Position numbers and translations under genes: made by a program. A model generated the notes under the pieces. The model was not told the DNA's origin and did not search any database. It was given only the letters and a program-made list of their open reading frames with translations. Shown here one piece after another: positions 8,917 through 17,688 of a stretch of 64,000 nt of DNA. This DNA comes from Nitrospiraceae bacterium (GTDB lineage Bacteria; Nitrospirota; Thermodesulfovibrionia; UBA6902), in the NCBI GenBank assembly GCA_020356065.1, contig CP070632.1, forward strand, positions 450,858 to 514,857, read 5' to 3'. How positions within the stretch are numbered: position 1 is the stretch's first letter; every line of letters starts with the position of its first letter.

Positions 8917-9525
8917 ATGAACACATCCTTCAATTATATGGTGCTCATGAGCGCTCTATCGGTTGTTGTTCTGGTTCTTACAGTAATTCTCCTGCGTTAT
9001 TACAAAAAAGAAATCAGGGAAATTCATGCAAAGGAATCGAAATTTAACATTAATCTGCAGCCGGACTCTATTGATAATCTGTCAAATCTTCTGATTCAGA
9101 ACTTTGTTACCCTTAATTCATACTATTCAGAGCACCTGTCACAGTACAGCCGCAGTGCTCTGGCATCTATTATCATTGCTGTCATCGGGTTTATGGTTAT
9201 TATGGCGGGGATTCTTGCAGCTGTTATCGGTAACCAGGTAACCCTCGGTACGGTAAGCAGCGCAGCAGGTATCATTGCCGAGGCCGCCGCATTCCTTTTC
9301 TTCAGGCAGACCCATTCATTTCAGATGCAGGTGCATGATTCGCTCAAGAAGCTTGTGTCAACTCAATATCTCATGACCTCAATTTCGATTTCCAAAGAGC
9401 TCGATGAGGAGAAAAAGGCATCTGAAGTAGGGAGGATAAATGATCATCTCCGATCTCTCATGAACATTCTTCATGGAGTAAACGGGAATTGTGAAGTGGT
9501 TATGTTGAATAAGCAAAAGGCGTGA
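8917..9525 (+). CDS. Hypothetical membrane protein (N-terminal TM, a central 2-TM hairpin, and a C-terminal helical region)
   Basis: 202 aa. TM segments are MVLMSALSVVVLVLTVILL, ALASIIIAVIGFMVIMAGILAAVIG and SAAGIIAEAAAFLFF. Good RBS (GGAGG) upstream. Confidence 0.55.
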   Translation: MNTSFNYMVLMSALSVVVLVLTVILLRYYKKEIREIHAKESKFNINLQPDSIDNLSNLLIQNFVTLNSYYSEHLSQYSRSALASIIIAVIGFMVIMAGILAAVIGNQVTLGTVSSAAGIIAEAAAFLFFRQTHSFQMQVHDSLKKLVSTQYLMTSISISKELDEEKKASEVGRINDHLRSLMNILHGVNGNCEVVMLNKQKA

Positions 9526-9652
9526 AATGACTCATAAGGGCGGCATTCCCGCCAGCCTTTAGAAGAATGTACACGTCATATTTTTTTATTATACGATATC
9601 AGGCACAAAAGGAATGCCTCGATGCCGGTATTTTCGTATAAAAAATAACGTA

Positions 9653-11380
9653 TTACTTCCTCTTGAACATCTTATATAGATCATTGATAGTTATCGTCAC
9701 TCTGGTGGGTCTCCCGTGGGGGCATTTATCAGGCTCCTCTGTACGATCAAGATCAGCCATCATCTGAGAAAGTTCATGGTTATTCAGGGGCTCGCTTCCC
9801 CTAACTGATTTGTGACAGGCGATTCTGGCTGCGATGCTTTTTAGAAACGTCTCATCATTCCTGTCACTCCTGATCCCGCTTGTTGACTCTTCCAGAATCC
9901 CTGCCGATATGTCCATGATCAGGCCTTTCATGTCTGCCTTTCCCAGTTCCTGCGGCAGGGCCCTGATGATAATGTTGTTGGAACCAAAGTCATCTATGTC
10001 AATACCAAACCCCTGAAGCATTTCCTTATGTCTGATTATAAGCTGATAATCCCTGACTGGGAGTTCTATTCTGAGAGGAAGAAAAAGGGGTGCAGATTCA
10101 ACCTCCACCTTCTTTAAGAATTTTTCATACAATATCCGTTCATGGGCTGCGTGCTGATCGATAAGTTCTATCCCGTCGTCTGTAACTTTTGCTATAAAAG
10201 AATCCCTAATATGGAAAAACGTTGAAACATCCTGAGCCATACCAGAGCTGAAAAAATCGGTCTGTGACTCATTCAAAGCCGAAGGAACAGAATCGGAAAC
10301 AACCGGGATATCCTGTTCTTTTGGTTTATGACCCGAATAACCGCTGTATCCGGATCCCTTCACAGATGAAGGAGGAGAAACATCAATCTCAACTCCGGGA
10401 TTTAAGGCCTCATATACGGCAGCTCCGACAAACCTGTGTATGTCATCAGGTCTTTCAAATTTGACTTCTCCCTTGGCTGGATGAACATTGACGTCAACCA
10501 CCGCAGGGTCAACTTCAAGAAATACAAAATATGCCGGATGCCTGTCTTTTGACAGGACTTCCCTGCAGGCATGATACACAGCATGATTTATGGTGGTATT
10601 TTTCACGGGGCGTTTGTTTACAAAAATGGTCTGATGACTTCTTGAAGCCCTTGTATAATCAGGAGTAGAAATAAATCCGGTGACCTTAACAGCTTTTGAG
10701 TCCTTTCTTATCTCAACAAACCCATCAGCCATTTCATTGCCATACAGCTGTGAAAATCTCTCTTTGCGATCAGAAGCAGGGGCAGCATTCAGGACTATAT
10801 TTTTGTTATGGACAAGTGTAAAAGCGATTTCAGGGTGAGCAAATGCCTTGTTCACAACTGTCCCTATGATATGTGACAGTTCTGTCGGATTGGTCTTTAA
10901 GAATTTTCTCCGTGCAGGGGTATTATAGAAGAGGTCCCTTATTTCAACGTCCGTTCCCCCTGCAGGAGGAGCGTCTGATATGTCTCTTTTCTGGTCTGCT
11001 CCGATCTCTACTTTCACACCGACATCATCATGCGATGCAGATGTTGTCAAAGTTACTTTTGACACGGATGCTATGGCAGGCAGAGCCTCTCCCCTGAAGC
11101 CCAGGGTAGATATGTCAAACAGATCATCTTCGGAGCTGATCTTGCTTGTGGCATGTCTTTCAAAACACATTGCAGCATCGTCCCTGCTCATGCCATAACC
11201 ATTGTCCGATACCCTGATTAATTTCTTCCCGCCATGAAGAACCTGAACATTAATTTCGCTCGCTCCGGCATCAATGGCATTATCAATCAGCTCTCTCACA
11301 ACGGAAGCCGGTCTTTCAATGACTTCACCTGCGGCTATCTTGTTAATTAACAGGTCTGGAAGGACAGCTATTCTGGACAT
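9653..11380 (-). CDS. mutL: DNA mismatch repair protein MutL
   Basis: 575 aa. GHKL ATPase motifs are present (IAAGEVIERPASVVRELIDNAIDAGA, DNGYGM, GFRGEAL), and the C-terminal endonuclease-type region has DQHAAHERILYE and CPHGRP. Confidence 0.95.
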   Translation of the reverse strand: MSRIAVLPDLLINKIAAGEVIERPASVVRELIDNAIDAGASEINVQVLHGGKKLIRVSDNGYGMSRDDAAMCFERHATSKISSEDDLFDISTLGFRGEALPAIASVSKVTLTTSASHDDVGVKVEIGADQKRDISDAPPAGGTDVEIRDLFYNTPARRKFLKTNPTELSHIIGTVVNKAFAHPEIAFTLVHNKNIVLNAAPASDRKERFSQLYGNEMADGFVEIRKDSKAVKVTGFISTPDYTRASRSHQTIFVNKRPVKNTTINHAVYHACREVLSKDRHPAYFVFLEVDPAVVDVNVHPAKGEVKFERPDDIHRFVGAAVYEALNPGVEIDVSPPSSVKGSGYSGYSGHKPKEQDIPVVSDSVPSALNESQTDFFSSGMAQDVSTFFHIRDSFIAKVTDDGIELIDQHAAHERILYEKFLKKVEVESAPLFLPLRIELPVRDYQLIIRHKEMLQGFGIDIDDFGSNNIIIRALPQELGKADMKGLIMDISAGILEESTSGIRSDRNDETFLKSIAARIACHKSVRGSEPLNNHELSQMMADLDRTEEPDKCPHGRPTRVTITINDLYKMFKRK

Positions 11381-11515
11381 GATAACCTCTTATCAGGATC
11401 AATTGTAATGCGTTAATTTAACCTTAATATTTCAAAAATGTTCAATAGTTGATCAATAATGGTTCAACATGGTAGAACCTATCTCAAAATATGATTTATG
11501 ATAAAAAAAATTCAT

Positions 11516-11594
11516 TGTCATTCCCCTACCTGTCGGGGAATCCGGGCTTTTCGAGCCCTTCTGGATACCCGCTTACAACCTGCGGGTATGACAG
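11516..11594. repeat. Double-hairpin intergenic repeat, copy A
   Basis: TGTCATTCCCCTACCTGTCGGGGAATCCGGG...CTGGATACCCGCTTACAACCTGCGGGTATGACAG. Terminal inverted repeat is TGTCAT/ATGACA, and each arm is itself a hairpin. Confidence 0.85.
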
Positions 11595-11641
11595 AAACAA
11601 CTTTTGAACAATCATTGAACTACCTTTAACCGCTTTTTGAA

Positions 11642-13111
11642 CTATTTATTCTTAATCATCTTCTCAAGGAGAATAAAGAAACGGCCAAGCCTTTTGTAGG
11701 TAAGATACATATAAATTTCGAAAAAGAAACTGAAGTTTCTGTGCTTCCATCTCCAGAGAGAAAGCTTGTGTAAAGGACCGAATATCAGACCGCTCCAGAA
11801 ATTCTTGAGAAACCTCTCGTAGCGAAAGGCCATGAATGAGTTGATGTAGATGGCATGAAGAAGCCGAGGGTTCTTGATCCAGGGGTTTCTGACTTCGTCG
11901 TTGGTAAAGTTCTTCCATCCCTCAAGATGAGTCGGCGCCTTGAAACCATGTTTAAGGGCCTCTTCATATAATTTCGTACCGGGGAGCGGAACATAAGGCT
12001 GGATGGGCACCTCAGCCCCGGGATGTCGTCTCCGTATCTCATCTGCAAAATCCAGTGTCCTGTTCATCTGCTCCTCGGTCTCACCCGGAAGACCTATAAT
12101 GAGAGAGTACAGGGTCGGGATGTCACCCTTGGACACTGTCTCGATTCCTTCATCAATCATCCTCCTGTTCTGACCTTTTCGAATAAACCTGAGGACATCA
12201 TCATCCGGCGACTCAACACCAAAGAAAAGATATACACAGCCGCTCTCCTTAAACTGCCTGAGCAGTTCATCGTTAAAGGTATTGATTCTGACGTTGGCAA
12301 TCCACTTAAAATCCATCGCCTTCAGAAGGGGCAGGATGTTCTGCATCATCTCCTTTTTTCCCGCAAGAAAGGTATCATCATAGAATGTCATCTTGTTAAC
12401 ACCCAGGGCCTTCAGCTTCTGCAGTTCTGATCTCACCTTGTCAACGTTTTTCACCCTGCAGACGTTTTTATGGAAATAGACGTTATAGCAGAATCCACAT
12501 TTATGGGGACATCCCCTCGATGATTCATACCCGATATTTTCAAGCGTGTCACCTGATCGCCTGATATACTCGAGCAGGATATCCTTCCCCTTGCCATCGT
12601 ACGGAAACGGGAGTTCATTGATATCAAGAAAATCCCTGTCTTCATTCATGATATTCTTACCGCTGTCTTTCCATCCCAGGCCTTTAATATCGCCAAGCCC
12701 TGTTTTTCCTTCCTGCATTGCCCTGACCAGTTCAAGAAGTGTCTGCTCGCCCTCACCTTTCACCACATAGTCCACATATTCGGATTCAAGGGTCTGTTCA
12801 GCCATCATGGAGGGATGTGTCCCTCCCCACACAAGAGGAATATCAGGGGCTATTGAACGTGCAAGTTTTGCAAGCCGCAGTGTGTTCTTTATCTGAAAAC
12901 AGGTCATTGTCGAAAGACCAATTAACAGGGGCTTTCTGCTGACAAGTTCTTTGAAGCGCGCCTTTTTGTGAATTCTTTCATCAAAGTACTCGACTTCAAT
13001 TCCCTGCTGTTCAAGGTAGGAGCCGAGCGAAAGAATGGCAAGGGGTGTCCAGGCATGATAAGGGAAAGGACTGGCATTGGCATAGCTGAGAACGACAAGG
13101 TTTTTATTCAT
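11642..13111 (-). CDS. B12-binding-domain radical SAM protein
   Basis: 489 aa. N-terminal cobalamin-binding-like Rossmann segment, CxxxCxxC cluster motif (SSRGCPHKCGFCYN), and a hydrophobic C-terminal tail. Starts 4 nt after the GT2 stop. Confidence 0.8.
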   Translation of the reverse strand: MNKNLVVLSYANASPFPYHAWTPLAILSLGSYLEQQGIEVEYFDERIHKKARFKELVSRKPLLIGLSTMTCFQIKNTLRLAKLARSIAPDIPLVWGGTHPSMMAEQTLESEYVDYVVKGEGEQTLLELVRAMQEGKTGLGDIKGLGWKDSGKNIMNEDRDFLDINELPFPYDGKGKDILLEYIRRSGDTLENIGYESSRGCPHKCGFCYNVYFHKNVCRVKNVDKVRSELQKLKALGVNKMTFYDDTFLAGKKEMMQNILPLLKAMDFKWIANVRINTFNDELLRQFKESGCVYLFFGVESPDDDVLRFIRKGQNRRMIDEGIETVSKGDIPTLYSLIIGLPGETEEQMNRTLDFADEIRRRHPGAEVPIQPYVPLPGTKLYEEALKHGFKAPTHLEGWKNFTNDEVRNPWIKNPRLLHAIYINSFMAFRYERFLKNFWSGLIFGPLHKLSLWRWKHRNFSFFFEIYMYLTYKRLGRFFILLEKMIKNK

Positions 13112-13114
13112 ATA

Positions 13115-14095
13115 TCAGCCGGGAAGGATCTCCTTGTCTGAAAAAGGATATGACAGTACGCCGTAGATCGCAGAGAGCATAATTTCAATGCCCAAAAAAT
13201 AATTCAGGAAAAACGCCTTGACCGCAAAAGCAAGGCCTGCTTCATTCCTCATAAAATTCCACCACTTCAGATTAAACAATACGTATAAAATTATAAGAGC
13301 GATAAAAAAAGGCTTTGCAAGACTGGTTATGGGAAGAAAAAAAAGAGACAGCAAGCTGAAAAAAGCGCACATGGCTGACAGACCATTGCTCGGAGAAGTC
13401 GGGCCAGCATTATCAAGCTGTTTTTCTTTGAAAAAAAGATGGACCCACATGACGGTACGCCTGAAATATATCTTTAATGCCTGCCTGAAATTGGCAAACT
13501 GATGCTTCACCATGATTTTCGGATTCAGGATAATGCTTCCCTGTTTGTTTATTCTCCTTGCCAGTTCAAAATCCTCTACGTCCGCCCCCTTATAGTTTTC
13601 ATCATAACTTCCGATCTCAAGAAAAAAGTCTCTTTTTATCGCCCCGCATCTCGGAGCAAAAACACTGACCTGTTTGTTTTCCTGTCCGATTAAATGAATG
13701 TACTCAAACATGGCCATGTATCTTGATACAAAACCCTTATTCAGTGGTTCGGTAGAGCATATGCCGATAACACACTGAGCTGCTGGATTGCGATCAAAAT
13801 AATCCTCGACCTCCCTGATAGCACCTTCCAGCACGATAACGTCCGAGTCCAGAAAGAAAATGATGTCACCCTTTGCAGCTTCCACCCCGATATTCCTGGC
13901 CTTGGCAGGACCTGAGTTCTTTTCCATTTTTATGACACGGACCGGGTAATTCTCTAAAATTCCTACCGTATTATCTGTGGAACAGTCATCTACAATCACA
14001 ACTTCCATGTCCTCAATTTTGTTTTGAAAGATGGAATCAAGAAGGGCAGGTATATATTTTTCTGCATTATATGTGGGGATTACGATAGAAATCAT
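13115..14095 (-). CDS. Family-2 glycosyltransferase with C-terminal transmembrane segments
   Basis: Motifs ISIVIPTYNAEKYI, VIVDDCSTD and FLDSDV (DxD). The C-terminal roughly 100 aa is hydrophobic. I prefer the ATG at 14095 (MISIVIPTYN) to the TTG at 14122 used by the track. Confidence 0.8.
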   Translation of the reverse strand: MISIVIPTYNAEKYIPALLDSIFQNKIEDMEVVIVDDCSTDNTVGILENYPVRVIKMEKNSGPAKARNIGVEAAKGDIIFFLDSDVIVLEGAIREVEDYFDRNPAAQCVIGICSTEPLNKGFVSRYMAMFEYIHLIGQENKQVSVFAPRCGAIKRDFFLEIGSYDENYKGADVEDFELARRINKQGSIILNPKIMVKHQFANFRQALKIYFRRTVMWVHLFFKEKQLDNAGPTSPSNGLSAMCAFFSLLSLFFLPITSLAKPFFIALIILYVLFNLKWWNFMRNEAGLAFAVKAFFLNYFLGIEIMLSAIYGVLSYPFSDKEILPG

Positions 14096-14259
14096 GTCTT
14101 TAAAGTATAAATGCTGCTGCAAAATAATATCAAATTTTCATGAGCTAATCTCTTAAGTCTTTATCGTTCAAACATATTAAAAAAAGACTGTATTGTAATT
14201 CAGGGAAAAATGTATTGCTTATTTTTTGTCAATATTATGCCGATATAAAACATATGCGT

Positions 14260-14291
14260 TGTCATCGACAGATTTGTCATTGCCTTGTCAT
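14260..14291. promoter_or_regulatory. Cluster of TTGTCAT repeats, including the dyad TGTCATCGACA; a candidate enhancer (UAS) for the sigma-54 promoter
   Basis: TTGTCAT starts at 14259, 14274 and 14285, with TTGTCAA at 14226. The cluster lies about 75-140 nt upstream of the -24/-12 element at 14363-14378. Confidence 0.35.
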
Positions 14292-14362
14292 AATGGCATT
14301 TATTTGTGGAGAAAATAGAATTTACTGATTGGTAATAAATTGAAAATAAAGGAAACTATGCA

Positions 14363-14378
14363 TGGCATTTATCTTGCT
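14363..14378 (+). promoter_or_regulatory. Sigma-54 (-24/-12) promoter
   Basis: TGGCAT-TTATC-TTGCT has exact GG-N10-GC spacing and matches the consensus TGGCAC-N5-TTGCW at all but one position. It sits about 70 nt upstream of the ATG at 14449, which has a GGGAG RBS. Confidence 0.6.
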
Positions 14379-14448
14379 TTATTTATATAGGCAAATTTGT
14401 AAGCAAACTTACTAAATAAATTCACAATTTAATTACGGGAGAATAAAA

Positions 14449-15198
14449 ATGAAAAAAATAGTTTTTGCCATGATAATAGGTTTTTTTATTGCTGGTTCTC
14501 ATGTTTTTGCCCAGGATATGATTATCGACAGCTATGGTAATATTGGGATGGGTATTACAAATCCTGATCACGGTCTTCATATTGCAGGAATTAATGCTGC
14601 GCTACATATAGACGGAATCGAGGATCCTCCTTACTACTATGGCGGAAGACTTACGTTTGGTGATCTTGCTGCTGATGTTTATATTGGAGAGGTGGTTGAT
14701 GATGTAATTGAAATTAGTGCTTCAGAAATTAGACTGACCACCGGAGCACTGAATTTTACTACTGCTAATGTTGGATTTAATCAACCACTCCCTATTTATC
14801 CCATACATATGGCCAGTGGTGCCCATGTAACAACAGGAGGTGTGTGGACTGATGCATCTTCACGAGAATTGAAAGAAAATATTAGAGACTTGCAGTATGG
14901 GGAAGCATCAGATGCTCTTGCTAAGTTGAAACCTCAGAAATTTAATTATAAGAACGAAAAAAAAGAAGAGTATCTTGGTTTTATTGCCGAGGATGTACCT
15001 GAATTAGTGGCAAAAAATGACAGAAAAGGCCTCAGCCCTATGGATATTGTTGCAGTTCTCACAAAAGTAGTGCAGCAGCAGCAGAAACTTATTGAAGAAC
15101 ATAAAAAATCCTTGACCACTTTATCCAATAAGGTAAATGATCTTGATCGTGAATTAAAACTGAAAGGTAACCTGGCATCTGCCAATAATATTAATTAA
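14449..15198 (+). CDS. Secreted tail-fibre-like protein with a C-terminal intramolecular chaperone (peptidase S74-type) domain
   Basis: 249 aa with signal peptide MKKIVFAMIIGFFIAGSHVFA. Has the GNIGMGITNPDHGLHI motif typical of tail-fibre-domain proteins. The C-terminal region is TDASSRELKENIRDL...ALAKLKPQKFNYKNE...YLGFIAEDVPELV...MDIVAVLTKVVQQQQKLIEE. Confidence 0.7.
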   Translation: MKKIVFAMIIGFFIAGSHVFAQDMIIDSYGNIGMGITNPDHGLHIAGINAALHIDGIEDPPYYYGGRLTFGDLAADVYIGEVVDDVIEISASEIRLTTGALNFTTANVGFNQPLPIYPIHMASGAHVTTGGVWTDASSRELKENIRDLQYGEASDALAKLKPQKFNYKNEKKEEYLGFIAEDVPELVAKNDRKGLSPMDIVAVLTKVVQQQQKLIEEHKKSLTTLSNKVNDLDRELKLKGNLASANNIN

Positions 15199-15222
15199 TA
15201 AAATAATAACGTTTGAACTTAA

Positions 15223-15261
15223 GGGGAGCCCTATAACATACTATCTGGGTTCCCCTTTTTC
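15223..15261 (+). terminator. Rho-independent terminator of the tail-fibre-like gene (overlaps the hypF 3' end)
   Basis: GGGGAGCCC-N15-GGGTTCCCC (9 bp including one G-U pair) followed by TTTTT. Confidence 0.55.
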
Positions 15262-17544
15262 TATTAATGCATTAGCTATAACCGCCTGTCCAAGTGCTAT
15301 GCCCCCATCATTTGTGGGAACTCTGTGGTGAGTATACACATTAAATCCATTGTCTTTGAGTTTTTTGTACAGCCTGTCAAGAAGAAATATATTCTGAAAC
15401 ACCCCTCCGCTTAAGCAAACACTGTTAATGCCATTTAAATCTCTTATGAATAAACTTATCTCAAGGGCTATTGTTGCTATGGTATTATGAAATTTTGCTG
15501 AAATCCTGTCTGTGCCTATACCGGATTCAATGTCCTTAATAATTTCATTCATTAACCTTGAAAGCAGGATTTCTTTCTTACCATCACCTTCTTTCAGATC
15601 AAATGCATATTCCCCTGATTCATCGGGATCCGCGATCATTTCAAGCTCAATAGCTGCCTGTCCTTCATAATAAATTGTCCCTCTAACGCCAAGAATAGCT
15701 GAAACAGCATCAAACAATCTTCCCATGCTTGATGTTAATGAAAGATTAATATTCTTTTCTGTCATATGCCTGATGATCTTCCATTTATCAGTATCAAGCT
15801 GTTTTATAAAATCAATATTACGCTGGAACATGTGATCACCATACATTCGATTTAACAGAGATGCGGCTGTTCTCCAGGGCTCGGCGATTGCATGATCTCC
15901 TCCGGGCAGAGGGAAATACTCAATATGGGCCACCCTCTCAAAATGCTCATAATCGCACACAAGAAACTCACCGCCCCATATGTTTCCGTCCGTTCCATAA
16001 CCGGTCCCGTCAAATGCAATTCCTATGACCTGCTGTTCAATTTCATTGTCCGCCATACAGCTCACAATATGAGCGTAATGATGCTGGATGCCTATTTTTC
16101 TTACATCACTGAGAGAGCGAGCGAATTTTGAAGATACATAATGTGGATGAAGGTCACAGGCCACAATCGAAGGTTCAATATCAAAGATCCGTTTATAATG
16201 ACTTATTCCCTCTGTTAATGAGGTTAATGTCTCTACATTGTCAAGGTCTCCTATGTGATGGCTTACGTATACATGATTATCTTTCGTCAGACAAAACACA
16301 TTTTTCAGGTCTGCTCCACAAGCAAGGACATTGTTAGTGAACGTTTTTTTCATAAGTATTGGAAGAGGTGCATATCCCCGGGACCTTCTGATTACAATCT
16401 CCTCATCATTCCATATCCGGCTTACCGAGTCATCAGTCCTGATATGTATCTCCCGGTTATGTACCAGATAGAAGTCAGCAATGTCCCTTAAGCGTTTTAC
16501 CGCTTCATCTTCTTCATAAACGATTGGTTCAGAACTGATATTGGCACTTGTCATGACCAGCATGAGACCTGATTTCTCAAGCAGGAGATGGTGTAATGGT
16601 GTATACGGCAGCATAACTCCGAGGTAATTCTGGTTTGGAGCCACATCCATGGCAATACGTGGATTGTTTCTCTTTTTCAATAAAACGATCGGGCGTTTTA
16701 CCCCTTTTAAAAGGTCCTCTTCCTTACGGTTAACATGACACATATCTTTTACGGTTGTTATATCTTTAACCATAATTGCGAACGGTTTATATTCCCTGTA
16801 TTTTCGGGTTCTCAGTTTTGATACAGCGTCCTGGTTTGATGCATCACATGCCAGGTGATATCCTCCAAGTCCTTTTACTGAAATGACATATCCATCTTTT
16901 AGCAACCTGGAAGACTCTGCAATGACATCGTTGACCGCCATCGCTCTTCCTTCTCCATTAAGCAATGACAATTGCGGGCCGCACACTTCACAGGCGTTTG
17001 GCTGGGCATGAAATCTTCTGTCAGACGGATCTTTGTACTCCCGGGAGCAGTCCTCACACATGACAAACTCAGACATTGTTGTATTAATCCTGTCATAAGG
17101 AATCTCCCTGACAATCGAAAACCGGGGACCGCAATGAGTGCAGTTAATAAATGGATACTCATACCTGCGATTATCAGGATCAAAGAGCTCACGAACACAT
17201 TCATCACAGGTTGCACGTTCAGCAGAAACAGGTACAGACTTTTTATCCTGATGCTCTGACAGTCTGATTTCAAAATCTCTGTAACCGGCAGGAACTGCCT
17301 GTTCAGTAAGGATATCAAAAACGTCTGCCTGCGGAAGCGGATTCTCCCTGACTGAATTCAGGAATATTCGCACATCATTATTGGTGCCTTCGATTTCAAG
17401 ATATACCCCGTCTGAGTTGTTCAGGACAAATCCTTTAAGATTGTGTTCTTTTGCAAGCGAATAAATGTAAGGTCTAAACCCTATTCCCTGGACTAACCCT
17501 CTAATGTTTATTTTCAACCTGGATTCCACTGTTGTGCTCATCAA
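15241..17544 (-). CDS. hypF: [NiFe]-hydrogenase maturation carbamoyltransferase HypF
   Basis: 767 aa. Contains an acylphosphatase domain (IRGLVQGIGFRP), two zinc-finger pairs (CDEC...CTHCGPRFS and CEDC...CEVCGP), a YrdC-like domain and a Kae1-like domain. Confidence 0.95.
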   Translation of the reverse strand: MMSTTVESRLKINIRGLVQGIGFRPYIYSLAKEHNLKGFVLNNSDGVYLEIEGTNNDVRIFLNSVRENPLPQADVFDILTEQAVPAGYRDFEIRLSEHQDKKSVPVSAERATCDECVRELFDPDNRRYEYPFINCTHCGPRFSIVREIPYDRINTTMSEFVMCEDCSREYKDPSDRRFHAQPNACEVCGPQLSLLNGEGRAMAVNDVIAESSRLLKDGYVISVKGLGGYHLACDASNQDAVSKLRTRKYREYKPFAIMVKDITTVKDMCHVNRKEEDLLKGVKRPIVLLKKRNNPRIAMDVAPNQNYLGVMLPYTPLHHLLLEKSGLMLVMTSANISSEPIVYEEDEAVKRLRDIADFYLVHNREIHIRTDDSVSRIWNDEEIVIRRSRGYAPLPILMKKTFTNNVLACGADLKNVFCLTKDNHVYVSHHIGDLDNVETLTSLTEGISHYKRIFDIEPSIVACDLHPHYVSSKFARSLSDVRKIGIQHHYAHIVSCMADNEIEQQVIGIAFDGTGYGTDGNIWGGEFLVCDYEHFERVAHIEYFPLPGGDHAIAEPWRTAASLLNRMYGDHMFQRNIDFIKQLDTDKWKIIRHMTEKNINLSLTSSMGRLFDAVSAILGVRGTIYYEGQAAIELEMIADPDESGEYAFDLKEGDGKKEILLSRLMNEIIKDIESGIGTDRISAKFHNTIATIALEISLFIRDLNGINSVCLSGGVFQNIFLLDRLYKKLKDNGFNVYTHHRVPTNDGGIALGQAVIANALIEKGEPR

Positions 17545-17688
17545 TAATTATAACTTTCTTCTCATTGAATTGATTAAAGATATTTTAGCAGTTACCCGTT
17601 TATTCTTCGCATTATTCGATAATTGACACATAAGACAAAATCAATTTACAATTTACTATTACTCCCTGATAAGAAAGGTACACGATAT

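Noticed and set aside
14293-14309. A second TGGCATTTAT string 70 nt upstream of the sigma-54 promoter
   Set aside because: The -12 position reads TG rather than GC (TGGCATTTATTTGTGG), so it does not satisfy GG-N10-GC. It may be a decayed duplicate or part of the enhancer region, but it is not a promoter.
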